NCBI GenBank assembly: GCA_951406725.2
Contig: OX597817.1
Coordinates: 39,928,001-39,992,000, forward strand
Origin: Octopus vulgaris
Taxonomy: Eukaryota
Reading direction: 5' to 3'
Length of the DNA: 64,000 nt
The notes under the pieces were generated by a model. That model was given only the letters and a program-made list of their open reading frames with translations. It did no database searches and had not been told where the DNA came from. Below, piece after piece: positions 1-13,425 of this stretch; within the stretch, counting starts at the first letter, position 1; every line of letters starts with the position of its first letter. The position numbers were made by a program, and so were the translations under genes.

Positions 1-801
1 TAATTTAGTGAGTTTACACTGCAATGGTTTAATATTGACTTCTTATGCTTCACAGCCTATGATTCAATGATAATTCAAGCCCATAATTGTAAACTAACAA
101 AACTAATAGTAATTATAATTATAGTAGATGTTCAGAGTGGTGAAATGTATCTCTGTATGTATGGTAGCTACTAACTGATATTAGGTTTAGCCATTGAGAA
201 TTTCCTTTTTTCTTTTAACAAATGTAATGATGTAGAAAAGTTATGAATATCCTTGAAGTTAATAGGGTTCTAACTCATCCAATGACTGTGACTCTCTAGT
301 ATAGTTTATATCAATCAACTAATTAATTAATTAGTCATTAATTAGTGTAACATATATATATGCTAATATTGAACAGTGAAAATGAGTACTCAACACCACA
401 TTGGTAGATAATATTCTTTATTTGAGGTTTAACCAAGCAACCGATAGTTTCTCCAAAATGGGGACAAGTACCAACACTTCTATGTGATTTGCGCTTGAAG
501 ATCTCTTTACATGAAACTATTGTTTGTCTTGTTAACCCACAAAATGAGTGTGTATATATATATATATATAATTTACTAATTATATACTATTTATTTATTA
601 TTTCGTACTTTATTTAGTGCTAGGTAAATGTTTTATCGTATATTTAATTTTTTTCTATATGGTATGATTTAATTATATCATTGTTGAATTGCTACATGGT
701 GGTTCTTCTTTAATTTATATACATATATTATATAGTGTGAAATTTGATTTAGTATTACTAAATTGAATTTTTCCCTGTAAGTTTAGAATCATATTCCCTG
801 T

Positions 802-862
<61 letters not shown>

Positions 863-1079
863 CATCATCATCATTTAATGTCCATTTTCCATGCTGGCAT
901 GGATTGGATGGTATGACAGGAGCTGTCCAGATTCCAATTGTCTGTTATGACATAGTTTATATGACTGGATGCCCTTCCTAATGCCAACTATTTTACAGGA
1001 TGTACTGGGTGCTTTTTACATGCCACCAGCACAAGTATGTTTACACAGCACCAGCATGAGTGCATTGACACCGGCAGAT

Positions 1080-1111
<32 letters not shown>

Positions 1112-2168
1112 CTCACACACACACACCATAAAATATAAGATCAGTTGATTTTTGTAATAAGGATTATCTGTTATTTATCCCTTTGCTTTTGCTAACAAGA
1201 AGTTGTGAAGTTCATGCTTTTCCTAATATACTATCAAAATAAATGAACTTCTTTATCTCTAAGCAAGAATTGAAATTTCATGGAGTTGATGAGCTCTTAG
1301 ACTTGAAAAATTTTTGACACGATGTTAAAGCTTAAACATGGAGCAATTTAGTTCCTATTCTCACTTATTTATTTTAGTATAATAATTTGTGAACTATAAT
1401 GTCATTGGTTACAAGTTTCTTATTAACCAATCACTGGTTCACTGTATTTCTGGCAGTGACACTGCAAAGGGTGTGTGAGCATTCACATTCTTCTCTAAAA
1501 TATGGTGAAATATATAAACACACATGCACACAAGCGAACCCATGTATGCAATAAGTAGTTTCTGTTTATCAAATTTCATTCCCATGGTATTGAAGGATCT
1601 GATGCTTTCAGTGCCATGCATTGATATCAAACTCAGAGCCACATGGCAGCTCAGTAAACTTCTTAAACACTTGTTTGTACCTGTACCTATATAACAGATA
1701 GCTCACATCTTGGAATTACTTCATCTCAGTTCCATAGATGATGCATCCAATAAGCTATAAACATAATGATTTCTCAGTTTTTCTTCCATAAATCCTTGTG
1801 GTCCATGCTCTAAAACATGGAGCAAGGATTATTGGAAACTTAAAACTATTTTCTTAAATTAATTTTCTTTATCATCATCATCACCATTATCATTACTATC
1901 TTTTTTCTTCCTGTTTTTCTCATCCATAATACGCAATCTTCTCAAGCTGGATTCAACTACTTCATCCAAAATATTTTTTGAGCTTAGAACTGACATAAAT
2001 CCTAACTTAATAAAATTTGATTGATATACTCGATCAGATGTCAGAGATGTCCCTAAAAATGGCATCTATATCAAATCAATGCCAGTTGCATCATATATTG
2101 AAGCCCTTTTTTCTTGCTTAATCTTAATTTCTATTTTTTTTCTTTTTTTTTTTACCTTATTCTCTCAG

Positions 2169-2345
2169 AATTTAATGGAAGAAATCCAGCAGCATGCTTC
2201 AGAGTTAGAAGACATGAAACAAAAAGGTATTGACTTGGTTGACAGCAATAAAGATTCTCCTGATATGCAAACAATGGTCGATGCCCAGCTGAAACACTTG
2301 ACTGATGGATACAATAATCTTGTTGTGTCCGCCAATCAAATCAAG
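2169..2345 (+). CDS. Spectrin-repeat (nesprin/SYNE-like) gene, internal exon A (59 aa, NLMEEIQQHASELEDMKQKG...VVSANQIK)
   Basis: Polypyrimidine tract + tctctcAG acceptor, AAG|GTAGGT donor, 177 nt open frame, phase 0/0. Helical heptad pattern typical of spectrin-repeat helices B-C. Confidence 0.88.
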
Positions 2346-3661
2346 GTAGGTATATTGAATGGCTCATCATCACCACCATCATCATCATCATCATCTAAAT
2401 GCTAATCTTCCTAATGGCCTTTTATTCAAAATACCTTTTTCTTTTAGCCTTTTACTTCATAGTTACTACCTTTGTAGTCCCAGAAGGGTATTACTATAAA
2501 AAATTATGTTTAGAGAGTCTTCACATAAAAGTCCTTTCTCATTTGTTAATACAGCAACTTCATGTGGCAATTTTACTTAAAGCAGTATGGCTCTCAATGT
2601 TTTCTAATTTATTATGATAAAATAAATGGAAGATAGTCTTAGAGCAATGCATGCAATGAAATATTAAAGAGTGTTATTCTTGTCGCTTGTCATCCCAGAT
2701 AGAATAGCTTCCACATTAGTTTCTTCATAAAAATTGTTAATAAGAGCACTTCAGTTTCATCTATCATAGTTTGAAGTTTTAATACAAGCTCTTTCTCTCT
2801 CTGGAATCTAATCATCATCATCATTATCATCGTTGTAATCATTGTCATCATCATCACCATATGAGGACTGTGAATTGGCAGAACTGTTAGAGCACCAGAC
2901 AAAATTCATTATGGCATTTAATTCACCTCTTTATGTTCTGAGTTCAAATCCAAAAGTCAGTTTTGTTTTTTCCCTCCTCCCAGGGTAGAAAAAGTACCAT
3001 TCAAGTACTGGAGTTGATGGTATTGACTGCTCCTTTCCTTTCAAAGTTGCTGATCTTGTGCTTATGTTAGAATCAGTTATTATTGTTTTACTAGCTGGCC
3101 CTGTGCTGTCAAAAATGATGGCTAATTTTAGTATTTAATATATAAATATGGATGGTAAATCAAATTAATACACTTGTCAGTGCTATCTAGTGGTTGTCTT
3201 TTGAGATGTGACATCAATCATTGTTTGTCACTGAAAGAACGCTGGTTCACACATACAAACATTGATATACTTCCCTTGCACACATACACACATATACTCA
3301 CACAGAGTTGAAATGATCCCAATACCAGTTTGCCATCACCCCTTCCTTCCTTATTCATCTATCACCCCTTCCTTTCTCATTCATATATTGTAACGGAGAA
3401 AAACACAAGAGTATTATTATTGTCTTATTATAATTAAGGCAGTCAGCTGCCAGGCAAAATACTTTGCAACATTTCTTCCAGCTCTTTATATTCTCAGTTC
3501 AAATGCCACCAAGGTAAACTTTGTCTTTCATTCTTTTGGGCTCAAAGCAGTACCAGTTGAGCACTGGGGTTGATGTAATTGACTTATTCCTCCCACCTAA
3601 AATTGCTGGCTTTGTACCAAAATTTTTCTTATCACTATTATTATTATTATTATTATTATTA

Positions 3662-3972
3662 TGAGTGAGAGAGCTGTGCATGCCATCAAAGTGACACTGG
3701 GGTAAAATATACAAAGCCCAGTATACCCATCATGACTACCCGTCTGATAAGGGTACACCAGGCACATGCATCACAACCATATGTGCATGACATGGTGATC
3801 TCATATCAAGATAAACAGTGCATGACCTTGCAGGTGGGGCCCAGTTAGAGTTTTCTTCTGATCGAGTAGCCCATCCTGCTCAAAAGATCTCTGAATAAGG
3901 GTTGTTTAAGGATGTTGAATGAACCACCCATGTTTCCAAAGGTGAATTATTCAAACCCCAAAGAATCCCTCT
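3662..3972. repeat. Unclassified GC-richer element abutting an (ATT)n tract
   Basis: Sharp compositional boundary after (ATT)n, non-coding. Single copy in the window, so repeat status is inferred. Confidence 0.4.
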
Positions 3973-4038
3973 AGCCCATGCCAATATGGAAAGAAGACAC
4001 TAAATGATGATGATGTCTCTTTACTAATTTTATTAAAG

Positions 4039-4200
4039 GATCATCTGAATAACAGCCTGCAACAATGGAACACTCACCAAGAACAGCTGAGAACATTTGA
4101 TGCCTACCTTTCAGAAACTCTTCCTCAATGGAAAGCAACAATGGATTCTCGTCCTGTAGATAACTTGACCGATGCAAAAGAACAGTTGACAGAAACCAAA
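4039..4200 (+). CDS. Spectrin-repeat gene, internal exon B (54 aa, DHLNNSLQQWNTHQEQLRTFDAYLSETLPQW...QLTETK)
   Basis: ttaaAG acceptor, AAA|GTAAGT donor, 162 nt, phase 0/0, no stops. The 'L..W..(Y/H)...L..F..(W/Y)L' pattern marks a spectrin helix A. Not in the ORF track on this strand. Confidence 0.88.
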
Positions 4201-4790
4201 GTAAGTTTTGGGGGTTACTTTAATTTAATATTTGTAAAATATCTTGTCTGTTTCTCCATTGTTTATCTTTTATTTGTTTCAGTCATTTGACTGGGGTTAT
4301 ACTGGAGCACCACTTTGAAAGGCTGAGTTGAACAAATTATGCCCAGGACTTATTTTTTAAGTCCTGTACCTACTCTGGTGATCTCTTTTGCCGAGCCACT
4401 AAGTTTGTAAACAAACCAATACTGATTGTGAAGTGGTGGGGACAGAACAAATTCATGCACATACACACACACACACATTACCTGCTTCCACACACACACA
4501 CACTTTCTATCAATCAAATTCACTCACAAGGCTATTGTAAAGGACACTTGCCCAAGCTGACACACTGTGGGACTGAACTCAAAAGCCCCTGGCTGCAAAG
4601 TGAATTTCTTAATCACACAGCCATACCCAAGCTTAAACCTTTACTTAGTATGAGTAAACTAAAATGGATTCTTCTAAGTGGATGTGAGATAACTTTTCTC
4701 TGGAACTTGACATTAGCCTCACAGAATATTTGCCATGGTCATGTGGTTAAAAAATTTACTTTACAACCTCATGCTTTTAGGTTTGATCCC

Positions 4791-4844
<54 letters not shown>

Positions 4845-4926
4845 CATTATTATTATTATTATTAATTATTATTATTATTATTATTATTATAATAATAATA
4901 ATAATAATAATATGATGATGATGATG
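4791..4926. repeat. (ATT)n/(AAT)n/(GAT)n microsatellite
   Basis: Seen directly in the sequence. Confidence 0.95.
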
Positions 4927-4928
4927 AA

Positions 4929-5187
4929 GATTCACAGTTTGTTTTGCTGGGTATGATGGAAAGTGTCAGCTGTTCACAGCCAGCAGACTAAGGTGACACT
5001 TGTTTACTGGTCATGCTTCAAGAAGCCTGCGAAGAATTCTTGCAGTTCCAAGCAATGCTAATTTTTGTAGGTTCTACCTTCACACTTGCAGCAATCTTTT
5101 TCAGCTATGCTGGTAGCTGAGTACTGATACTTCCAAGTGCACCAATTACTATTGGTATCATGTCTACTATCTTCATTGACCACAACC
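4929..5187 (-). mobile_element. 5'-truncated R4/Dong-like (RLE) non-LTR retrotransposon 3' end, copy 1
   Basis: Minus strand encodes LWSMKIVDMIPIVIGALGSI...LLGTARILRRLLEA* plus a short 3' UTR. Embedded in trinucleotide tracts. Confidence 0.8.
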
Positions 5188-5226
5188 AAGAATTGTTGTT
5201 GTTGTTATTATTATTATTATTATTAT

Positions 5227-5506
5227 ATGGAAACTCACAGCTTGTTTTGTTGGGTATGATGGAAAGTGTCAGCTGTTCACAGCCAGCAGACTAAGGTGAC
5301 ACTTGTTTACTGGTCGTGCTTCAAGAACCCTGCGAAGGATTCTTGCCGTTCCAAGCAATGTTGATTTTTGTAGGTTCTACCTTCACACTTGCAGCAATCT
5401 TTTTTAGCTATATTGGTAGCTGAGTGCTGATACTTCCAAGTTCACCAATTACTATTGGTACCATGTCTACTCTCTCCATTGACCACAACCATAACTGACC
5501 GCAACC
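5227..5506 (-). mobile_element. 5'-truncated R4/Dong-like retrotransposon 3' end, copy 2 (tandem with copy 1)
   Basis: Near-identical to 4929-5187, with a (TAA)n tail on the element sense strand. Confidence 0.8.
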
Positions 5507-5558
5507 AATAATTGTTGTTGTTCTTGTTGTTTGTGGTGGTGGTGGTGGTGGTGGTGGT

Positions 5559-5600
<42 letters not shown>

Positions 5601-5844
5601 AGACAGAATTGTTAGCACATCAGGCAAAATGCTTAGCAGAATTTCATCCATCTTTATGTTCTGAGTTCAGAATCCACTGAGGTCAACTTTGCCTTTCATT
5701 CTTTTGAGGTCAATAAAATAAATACCAGTTGAGTTCTAGGGTTGATGTAATCGACTTATCTCCTTCCCTTCTGCCAAAATTTGAAAGTATTATTATAATA
5801 GTGATGATATTAATAATAATAATAATTATTATTATTATTTACAG

Positions 5845-6015
5845 GACATGTGGAATAAACTTTCTACCATGAAGCAGGATTTGAATACCAGCCTTAGTCT
5901 GTGCAGAGTGGCTGAAACAACCAAAGAAGATGAAATTTCAGAAGCCATTGCCAATTCACCATTGCAGAAGTTCTCCCAGAAAGTCAATCATAATCTTGTT
6001 TCAGAGATGAATGAG
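5845..6015 (+). CDS. Spectrin-repeat gene, internal exon C (57 aa, DMWNKLSTMKQDLNTSL...LVSEMNE)
   Basis: tttacAG acceptor, GAG|GTATGT donor, 171 nt, phase 0/0, in frame with exons B and D. Confidence 0.85.
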
Positions 6016-6147
6016 GTATGTCATCATCATCATTATCATCATCGTTGCACTGGCAACAACCTCACTCAAAAGTTTTTTCATGTGCCAGTAAGGCAACGCT
6101 GGTAACAATCACGCTCGAATGGTGCTTTTTACGTGCCACTGACACGG

Positions 6148-6485
6148 GGTGAATGTGGTGTGTATTTTGTTGACATGAGTGTAAGTGAGGTGTGTTCTTT
6201 CTTCTCATGAGAAGGGGTGTGGTGTTTATTTTGTTGACATGAGTGAGATTTAGGTCTGTATTTTTGTTTCTCAACATGAGTGAAAATTGAGTTGAGTCAG
6301 GTGTGTATTTTGTTGACATGAATGTGGATGAAGTGAGTATTTTTGTGAGCGAGGCATGTATTTTGTGTTGAATGAGTGAGATGTACTTTGACATAAGTGT
6401 GAGTGAAGTATATATTTGGTTGATATGAGAATGAATGAAGTGTGTATTTGGTTGACAGTGTAAGATTTGTATGTTTTGTTAAGAT
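6148..6485. repeat. Degenerate ~28-32 bp minisatellite (gtgtgtattttgttgacatgagtg...)
   Basis: About 10 recurrences of a ttttgttgacatgag-like core inside the intron between exons C and D. Confidence 0.75.
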
Positions 6486-6630
6486 GAAATATTTCTCAAT
6501 TCTCTCATCACTAAAAGACTAAAATCTCTTTAGGTAATGGTTCTTGATAGAATACAAATATCTATTGCAAAATCTACTTTCACTATTCTCTATTGAAATA
6601 ATATTCCTTCTCTTGAAATGTTTCTTTCAG

Positions 6631-6807
6631 GTTGAGAACCGTCTAGATTCTGTACGTGATGTAATCCAGTCATGGGAGGCTGTTGATACACTGAAGAATG
6701 ACCTGAGAGCCATAGTTCGACAGAAGAAGGAAGAACTAAAAGAACTGGAAGAACAACCATCCAAACTTCATGAAGAGGCTGCTGGAATTGAGATTACCAA
6801 ACTTCAA
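6631..6807 (+). CDS. Spectrin-repeat gene, internal exon D (59 aa, VENRLDSVRDVIQSWEAVDTLKNDL...EITKLQ)
   Basis: tttctttcAG acceptor, CAA|GTAAAT donor, 177 nt, phase 0/0. Conserved Trp at the repeat boundary. Confidence 0.88.
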
Positions 6808-7244
6808 GTAAATATTTTTAATGATACCATTAAAACTGTCTTTCCGTATTTGATAATTACAATTAGCATCTTTATTCTTATCATTGCAGAATTGCAGAAT
6901 ATTGTTAGTTATTAATGAATTATTTATATTTAGATCTTGATTAGTTAATTTTGTACATTACCATTTGTTTATTCTCTGTTGCCATTACCACTGACTTTGT
7001 CTTTTTCCTCCTTATCATTATTATAAGTGTCATTATAATCATCATCATCATCGTTATTGGAGACACGAAGAGGAAAATTTGGAAACATTATTGCTGTAGA
7101 GATTGAATTGACTATGACTAATGGTATATTTAATTAACACCTAAGAAAATGTAAAAGCTATACTATACATATTCAATAAATGTTATAAACTATAATAGCA
7201 ATGAATATAACATTTATAATTCATGTTTATGTATTTTTGTACAC

Positions 7245-7276
<32 letters not shown>

Positions 7277-9589
7277 ATTTATATATGTGTATGTGTTTAT
7301 ATGTATGTATGTACGCACATATGTATGTATATATGTGTGTGTGTGTGTGTGTTTATATATATGTATGTACACACATATGTATGTTTATATGTATGTGTAT
7401 GTATATATGTATAGGCATATATATGGTGATATAAATAACATCTTGAGTGGTTATGTGTGTGTGTATGTGATGTGTGTATGTATGTATGTTTGTGTATGTG
7501 CAATCGTACTAACTATAATATCTTATCATAGACAAAATTCTCAAGGGGATTTGTGTGCTAAAAATACACAGATCTCACTCAGGATGTTGGTAGATCATCA
7601 GACACCAGTGTTTTGACCTTATTTGCTCACCTCGGTAATGAAAATCCTCCAGACATTCTGAGCTCAACCAAAATATATTTGTTGCTGTATGGAAATCAAT
7701 AAACAAAACCTTCACTGATTTGTGAAAAAGCTAGTCAGGCTACAAACTTCATGATTTAATACTTTCGCGTTTAAGCCAAAATATCCTTCCTGCTTTATGT
7801 TCAAAGTGGTTAAATCCAGACTTTCATACCTACCCTACAATGTCATTCTAAAGGAAACAATCACATCATCAAAATCTCAAAGTAATGTATGACTAATTCA
7901 AAACAATGTGAATAATTAAGTGTTACATTTGGTAGAGTAAACTGAATGTTATGGAGTGAAAGTGATCTAAATTAAAGCCTTCCATCAAAATTTCATGTTT
8001 ATTTTCGTTCCAGACATCATAATAATGACAGATATTTTACTAAATTTTTCATTATTTTAGAAATTAATTGAAACAAAGGCAGTGTATTGCAACAGAAATA
8101 TGAAAATATGACAATAAAAAAAATGATTTATACACTAAATAGTTAAATGCTACAGCTTCAATCAAATAATCGTTAATTTTTGTAATATTTAAAAATCATT
8201 TTCTTCTTTCCTTTTCTTTTGTAAATCTTGACATACTAAGTGGTTGCTTGCTAACCTCCAATAAAAAAAAAAAAAACATAAAATTTAAAAAAATCAGAAA
8301 TTAAAAATTAAGTGAGCTGAAATATCTATAACGTGATTTCTGACTTAGGAACAAAATCAGTAGTTTTCAGGGAAGAGTATTTGTTCATTACATTAACCCT
8401 AGCTTTGGATTGGTATTGTATTTTATTGACCCTGGAGGAACAAAAGACAAAGTTGACCTTTTCAGGATTTGAACTCTGTAAAGATTCGCAATAAATACTT
8501 CTAGGCATTTTTATGATGTCCTAATGAAGGTATGTATAATAAAACCAGGAGGTTATACTCCATTTTGATGATGTTAGAATATGACTATGACACTGGCACA
8601 GACAACTAAGAAGGACAGAAATCTAATGCAAAATGATAATTATTATATCGTTATTTAGGTGGGTCTAGAAAAATACCTACATTAAGTGAGAAATACCGAA
8701 GCATGATTGCAAACCTCTTTTCTAAGTGGAACAGAATGACACTCCATTGGTTATGACTAGAGGGTTCCAGTTGATCCAATCACCAGAACAACCAGCTCAT
8801 GAAATTAACATGCAGGTGTCTGAGTATAGTACAGACATGTGTGCCCTTAATGTATATCTCAGGGAGAATCAGCATGACACAGAATGTGACAGGACTGGTC
8901 CTTTGAAAAACAGGTACAACTCATTCTTGCCAGCTGAATGGACTGGAGCAACATGAAATAAAGTGTCTTGCTCAAGGACACAATGTGCTGCCAGGAATTG
9001 AACTCATGACCTTACAATTGTGAGCCGAATACCTTAACCACTCAGCCATGTGCCTTCACATGGAACTGAATATTAATGCAATGTAAAGATACAGGTAAAT
9101 GTACAGAAACAAAGTGAGTAGACTGAGTGGATAAGGTATTGGACTATCTGCTCATAGATCATGAGTTCAAATCTACTGTTAGTCTTTCCTTGTATTTATA
9201 GAAAGATCACTTTATCCGGCAGAGCTTCAGTTTATATAACTCTCAGAAAGATGCTGCACTAATTTGATTCAACTTCAAGCCAGAGTTCATTATATAATTT
9301 TTAGTTTATTCTGCCTGTCTTTAGATTTGGATTTATAGTATTACAAACTCTGTGTAATGACTGCTGTGCAACAGCTTAACCAATACTAAATTAATCCAAC
9401 ACAGACTGATAGCATAAGCTGGAGACTGATAGCATAAGCATCAGACCTTAAGGAAAATAAGTACTGGAGTTGATTTGTTCAACTCAACCCTACAACACAC
9501 TGCTTCAAGCCTGGTTTATGAGTAACAATACCAATGAGTAACAATGAAATGAGATAATCAATATTGTTATTAAAGAGGTAAAAAAATTG

Positions 9590-10130
9590 TCTGGGAACTA
9601 TGGTCTTTAAATTGCAATCGGTAATATTTTGGAAATAAAGTTTAGACAGCACCGATAATAACGGATAGAAAAGATCGAACAAAAACATATCAGGGTTTAA
9701 ACATTGTGTTGTTTTGAAAATAAAAAATAGCTTGACAGGAACTGATCATTACTATAAAATAGAGACAGACAGAGAGAAAAAAATATTCAAACAAAAAAAA
9801 AATAGTTCAACAGAATAATAACTGTTAAGCAAGAAAGAATCTGAATAGGAACAATAAACAAAATAGAAAGAGAAATGATAATAACAAATCAATTAATATA
9901 AATCAATGTAAACACCTCGCCAAGCTACAAATGAGTAAATATCTCTGGAAAATAATAGCCAAAAACAGGCAAATCCTCCCAGAAATTCTTTCCACAGAAA
10001 CAATCTTGATTAATACACTAAATGAACTAATTTACTCCGAAGCCATGTCAGTAATATTTATAATGAGAAGAAATGTAATTAGTGTTAATGAACACTTATT
10101 TCAAAAGAGACAAAGCAGAAAACTCTGAAA
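9590..10130 (+). mobile_element. Highly decayed Penelope-like element remnant
   Basis: MSKYLWKI...EIL resembles the 'T.LSKYIW.LK....W.IL' C-terminal segment of Penelope GIY-YIG proteins. Many stops and frameshifts. Confidence 0.35.
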
Positions 10131-10660
10131 TTTTAATTAATTAAAAATGAGATAGAGGTATATGGTGGTGGAGGTAGGGGGCAGGCTCTCACCTTTGGTT
10201 GCTACACTAACAACTCTGAACATGTTTTGGTTTTATTAAACCTCATCAGTGGAGCATAAGTCAGCACATACATGCCAGAACACTTGAAATTTAAAATAAA
10301 ATAAAAACACTGGAAAATTTCCCAAAGGCACCTTCTCCATGAAGAGTATATTAGTTAAGTGCAGTTACCATACTTAAACATGATGAGTTAAAAAATAATT
10401 TTTAATGAATTAGAATTTTAACCATCATTATAAGAAAGTTCATCTCAAAAGAGGCAATCGAAACATTACTCCTTTTTTCTTCTTTAACTGACTAAAATTT
10501 TGTAAGAATGGAGACAATTTTGGACATGTTTTAATCTTAGACCTCTTCAGCAAAGTATGACAGATAACTACCTGACCAGAAAATGACTTGGAGGATGTAT
10601 AGTTTTGGTGTGAAAATAATTCACTGATTTGATAATTTAATATAAATATAGATGTAGAAA

Positions 10661-10821
10661 TGGCTGTGTGGTAAGTAGCTTGCTTTCGAACCACATGGTT
10701 CCAGGTTCAGTCCCACTGCGTGGCACCTTGGGCAAGTCTCTTCTACTATAGCCTTGGGCTGACCGAAGCCTTGTGAGTGGATTAGGTAGACGGAAACTGA
10801 AAGAAGCCTGCCATATACATG

Positions 10822-10864
<43 letters not shown>

Positions 10865-11085
10865 ATATATGATTGTATCTGTGTTTGTCCCCCCAACATC
10901 ACTTGACAACTGATGCTGGTGTGTTTACATCCCCATAACTTGGCGGTTCAGCATAAGAGACTGATAGAATAAGTACTAGGCTAACAAAGAATAAGTCCTG
11001 GGGTCGATTTGCTTGACTAAAGGTGGTGCTCCAGCATGGCCACAGTCAAATGACTGAAACAAGTAAAAGAGTAAAAGATAAAAGA
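10661..11085 (+). mobile_element. tRNA-derived SINE family A (CORE-like segment, internal (TA)n(TG)n)
   Basis: Head ggctgtgtggtaag...ggttcagtccc, then gcaccttgggcaagt, and a tail ...gactgaaacaagtaaaaga. Other copies: about 4265-4625(-), 21390-21810(-), 31170-31405(-), 50190-50455(-), 51650-51870(+), 55953-56366(+), 56715-56990(-), 59430-59585(+). Confidence 0.88.
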
Positions 11086-12639
11086 GATATCCTTGGGCCC
11101 GACAAAAGAGTCTCTATGCAGTCATCCAGCATACTAGAATATAGTAACCAAATTTCTCTCAAATCACACCACTGTCTTTAAGAAGAAAGTACATGTTGCA
11201 TAAGGATACACTACATCTGAACAAACAGCAGTAAAAAAGTAGGATGGTCATGGTTGGAACCAGTGTTTACATGGTGCTAAACAATAATTGTTCCAAATTT
11301 TAGCACAAGGTCAGCAATTTTTGGCTAAGTGGGTTAGTGGGTTAGTTGATTACATTGACCCTAATGCTCAACTGGTACTTATTTTATTGACCTCAGAAGG
11401 ATGAAAGACAAAGTTGACATCGGTGGGATTTGAACTCAGAGTGTAAAGTGCCTAGAGAAAACCTACTAATTTGTCTGAAGTACTAATGAATCTGCCAGTT
11501 CATGGCCTTAGGGCTAAACTATAATAAAAATAACATGAATAAAACAGGAAGCTAACATGAACAGCAGTCAACATAGGGGGACAATGAATGACCTAATTTT
11601 TACCCTGCCAGTCTTTGCAGTTATATGGAATTAGAAGTGACATCGCTCCAGCATCAATCAACCTTATTATAAATGGTATAAACATGCACCAAATTTGGAA
11701 CTCTGAGATATGGCTGTTTAGATGGACTATAATATCAAAGTGAACTACTAAATATCAAAGATTAATCAAAGGCAGGAGTAAAAAGCTATGCTTTATTCAT
11801 AGGTCCAGAATGAGACCAAAAGCTGCTCGTAAAATGACAGGTTCAATGGGTATAAAAGAGAAAATAGCATCAGCAAAGGAATAAAATTTATTAAAGCTCA
11901 TAATTTAGCACTAAAGAAACCAATATTTAGCCCTGTTTGGCACAGCATGCATTCTATGTGAGACACTTTCAGTTCAATATCACAACTCACATCGCAATAT
12001 TCTACACCTCTTAATGCTACAGCAATGTTCGCAACAAACAAGAGTAACAGTAAAAAATTTTAAAATGCGCAAAAAACAACAACAAAATAATGCCACCACC
12101 TTCTTTCTCCTTAACCAGCAAATTAGATTTAATATAAACACCTTCCTACACCTCCGACCCTCCCCTCCCCAACAAAACACTGTAAACCTTACGAATGTAG
12201 TAGAGAACCTGGTGGTTGCAGCAGTGAAAGACTTGAAAGAATGTACTCAAAGCGTAGAAGAACAACAACAATTAGGGTGCCACTGCTAATGATGATGATG
12301 CTGATGGTGGTAGTGGTGGTGAGGCTGGAGATGATGATGGCGGTGATAGTGGTGGGGATGATAATTTCTTTTGTTTGTCACTAAAAATAATAGCAACAAC
12401 AATAATGGTAGTAATGGTGGTGGTGATGGAGATTTCTAACATAGCTGTAAGGCTATAATTATATTATATTGATCCCAGCACTTTGTGACGGATACTTATT
12501 GATTCCTGAAGGATGAAAAGACAATGTCAATTCCAGTGGGATTTGAACTTGGTATAAGAAAGACTTAAAACTAATACAAATTACCAGTCATAGCAAGCAT
12601 AATTGTATGTTATGGTGATGTCAGTAACAATTTGCTGTT

Positions 12640-12787
12640 CTTCTGGTTTTACATTCTGAGGTCAAATTCTACTTTTCATCCTTTCAGGGTCAATGAAATG
12701 AGCATCAGTTGAGCCCTGGGGACAATGTAATCGCCTAGCCCCCTACCCCCAAAATTTCAGGCTTTGTGCCTATAGTAGAAAAGATTG

Positions 12788-12870
<83 letters not shown>

Positions 12871-13336
12871 CATTATTATTATTATTATTAGGGCGGTGAA
12901 CTAGCAGAATTGTTAGTACAGTGGGCAAAATGCTTAACGGTATTTCGCCCATCGGTATGTTCTGAGTTCAAATTCCACTGCAGTTGACTTTGCCTGTCAT
13001 CCTTTCAGGATTGATAAATTAAGTACCAGTGAAACACTGGAGTTGATGTAATTGACTAGTCCCCTCCCTCTGAATTTCAGGCCTTGTGCCTTTAGTAGAA
13101 AGGATTATTATTATTATTATTATTATTATTATGGCGAGCGGGCAGAATCGTTAGTACGCTGGACAAACTACATTTCATCTGTCTAAAGGATGTTCTAAGT
13201 TCAAATTCTGCCAAAGTCAGCCTTGCCTTTCATCCTTTCGGGGTCGATAAAATAAATAGTAGTTGAGTACTGAGGTCGATATAACCAAACAACCCTCTCC
13301 TCCAAATTTTCGGGCCTTATGCCTTTAGTAGAAAGA

Positions 13337-13425
<89 letters not shown>

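Noticed and set aside
1150-2080. Minus-strand ORFs 1439..1642 and 1859..2065 in non-repetitive sequence
   Set aside because: No recognisable motif or consistent splice sites. Possibly a decayed transposase, but I cannot assign it.
4428-4956. Poly-Tyr/Ile/Asn ORFs (also at 12770-13383, 43986-44315, 60323-60553)
   Set aside because: Read-through of (ATT)n/(AAT)n tracts and SINE sequence.
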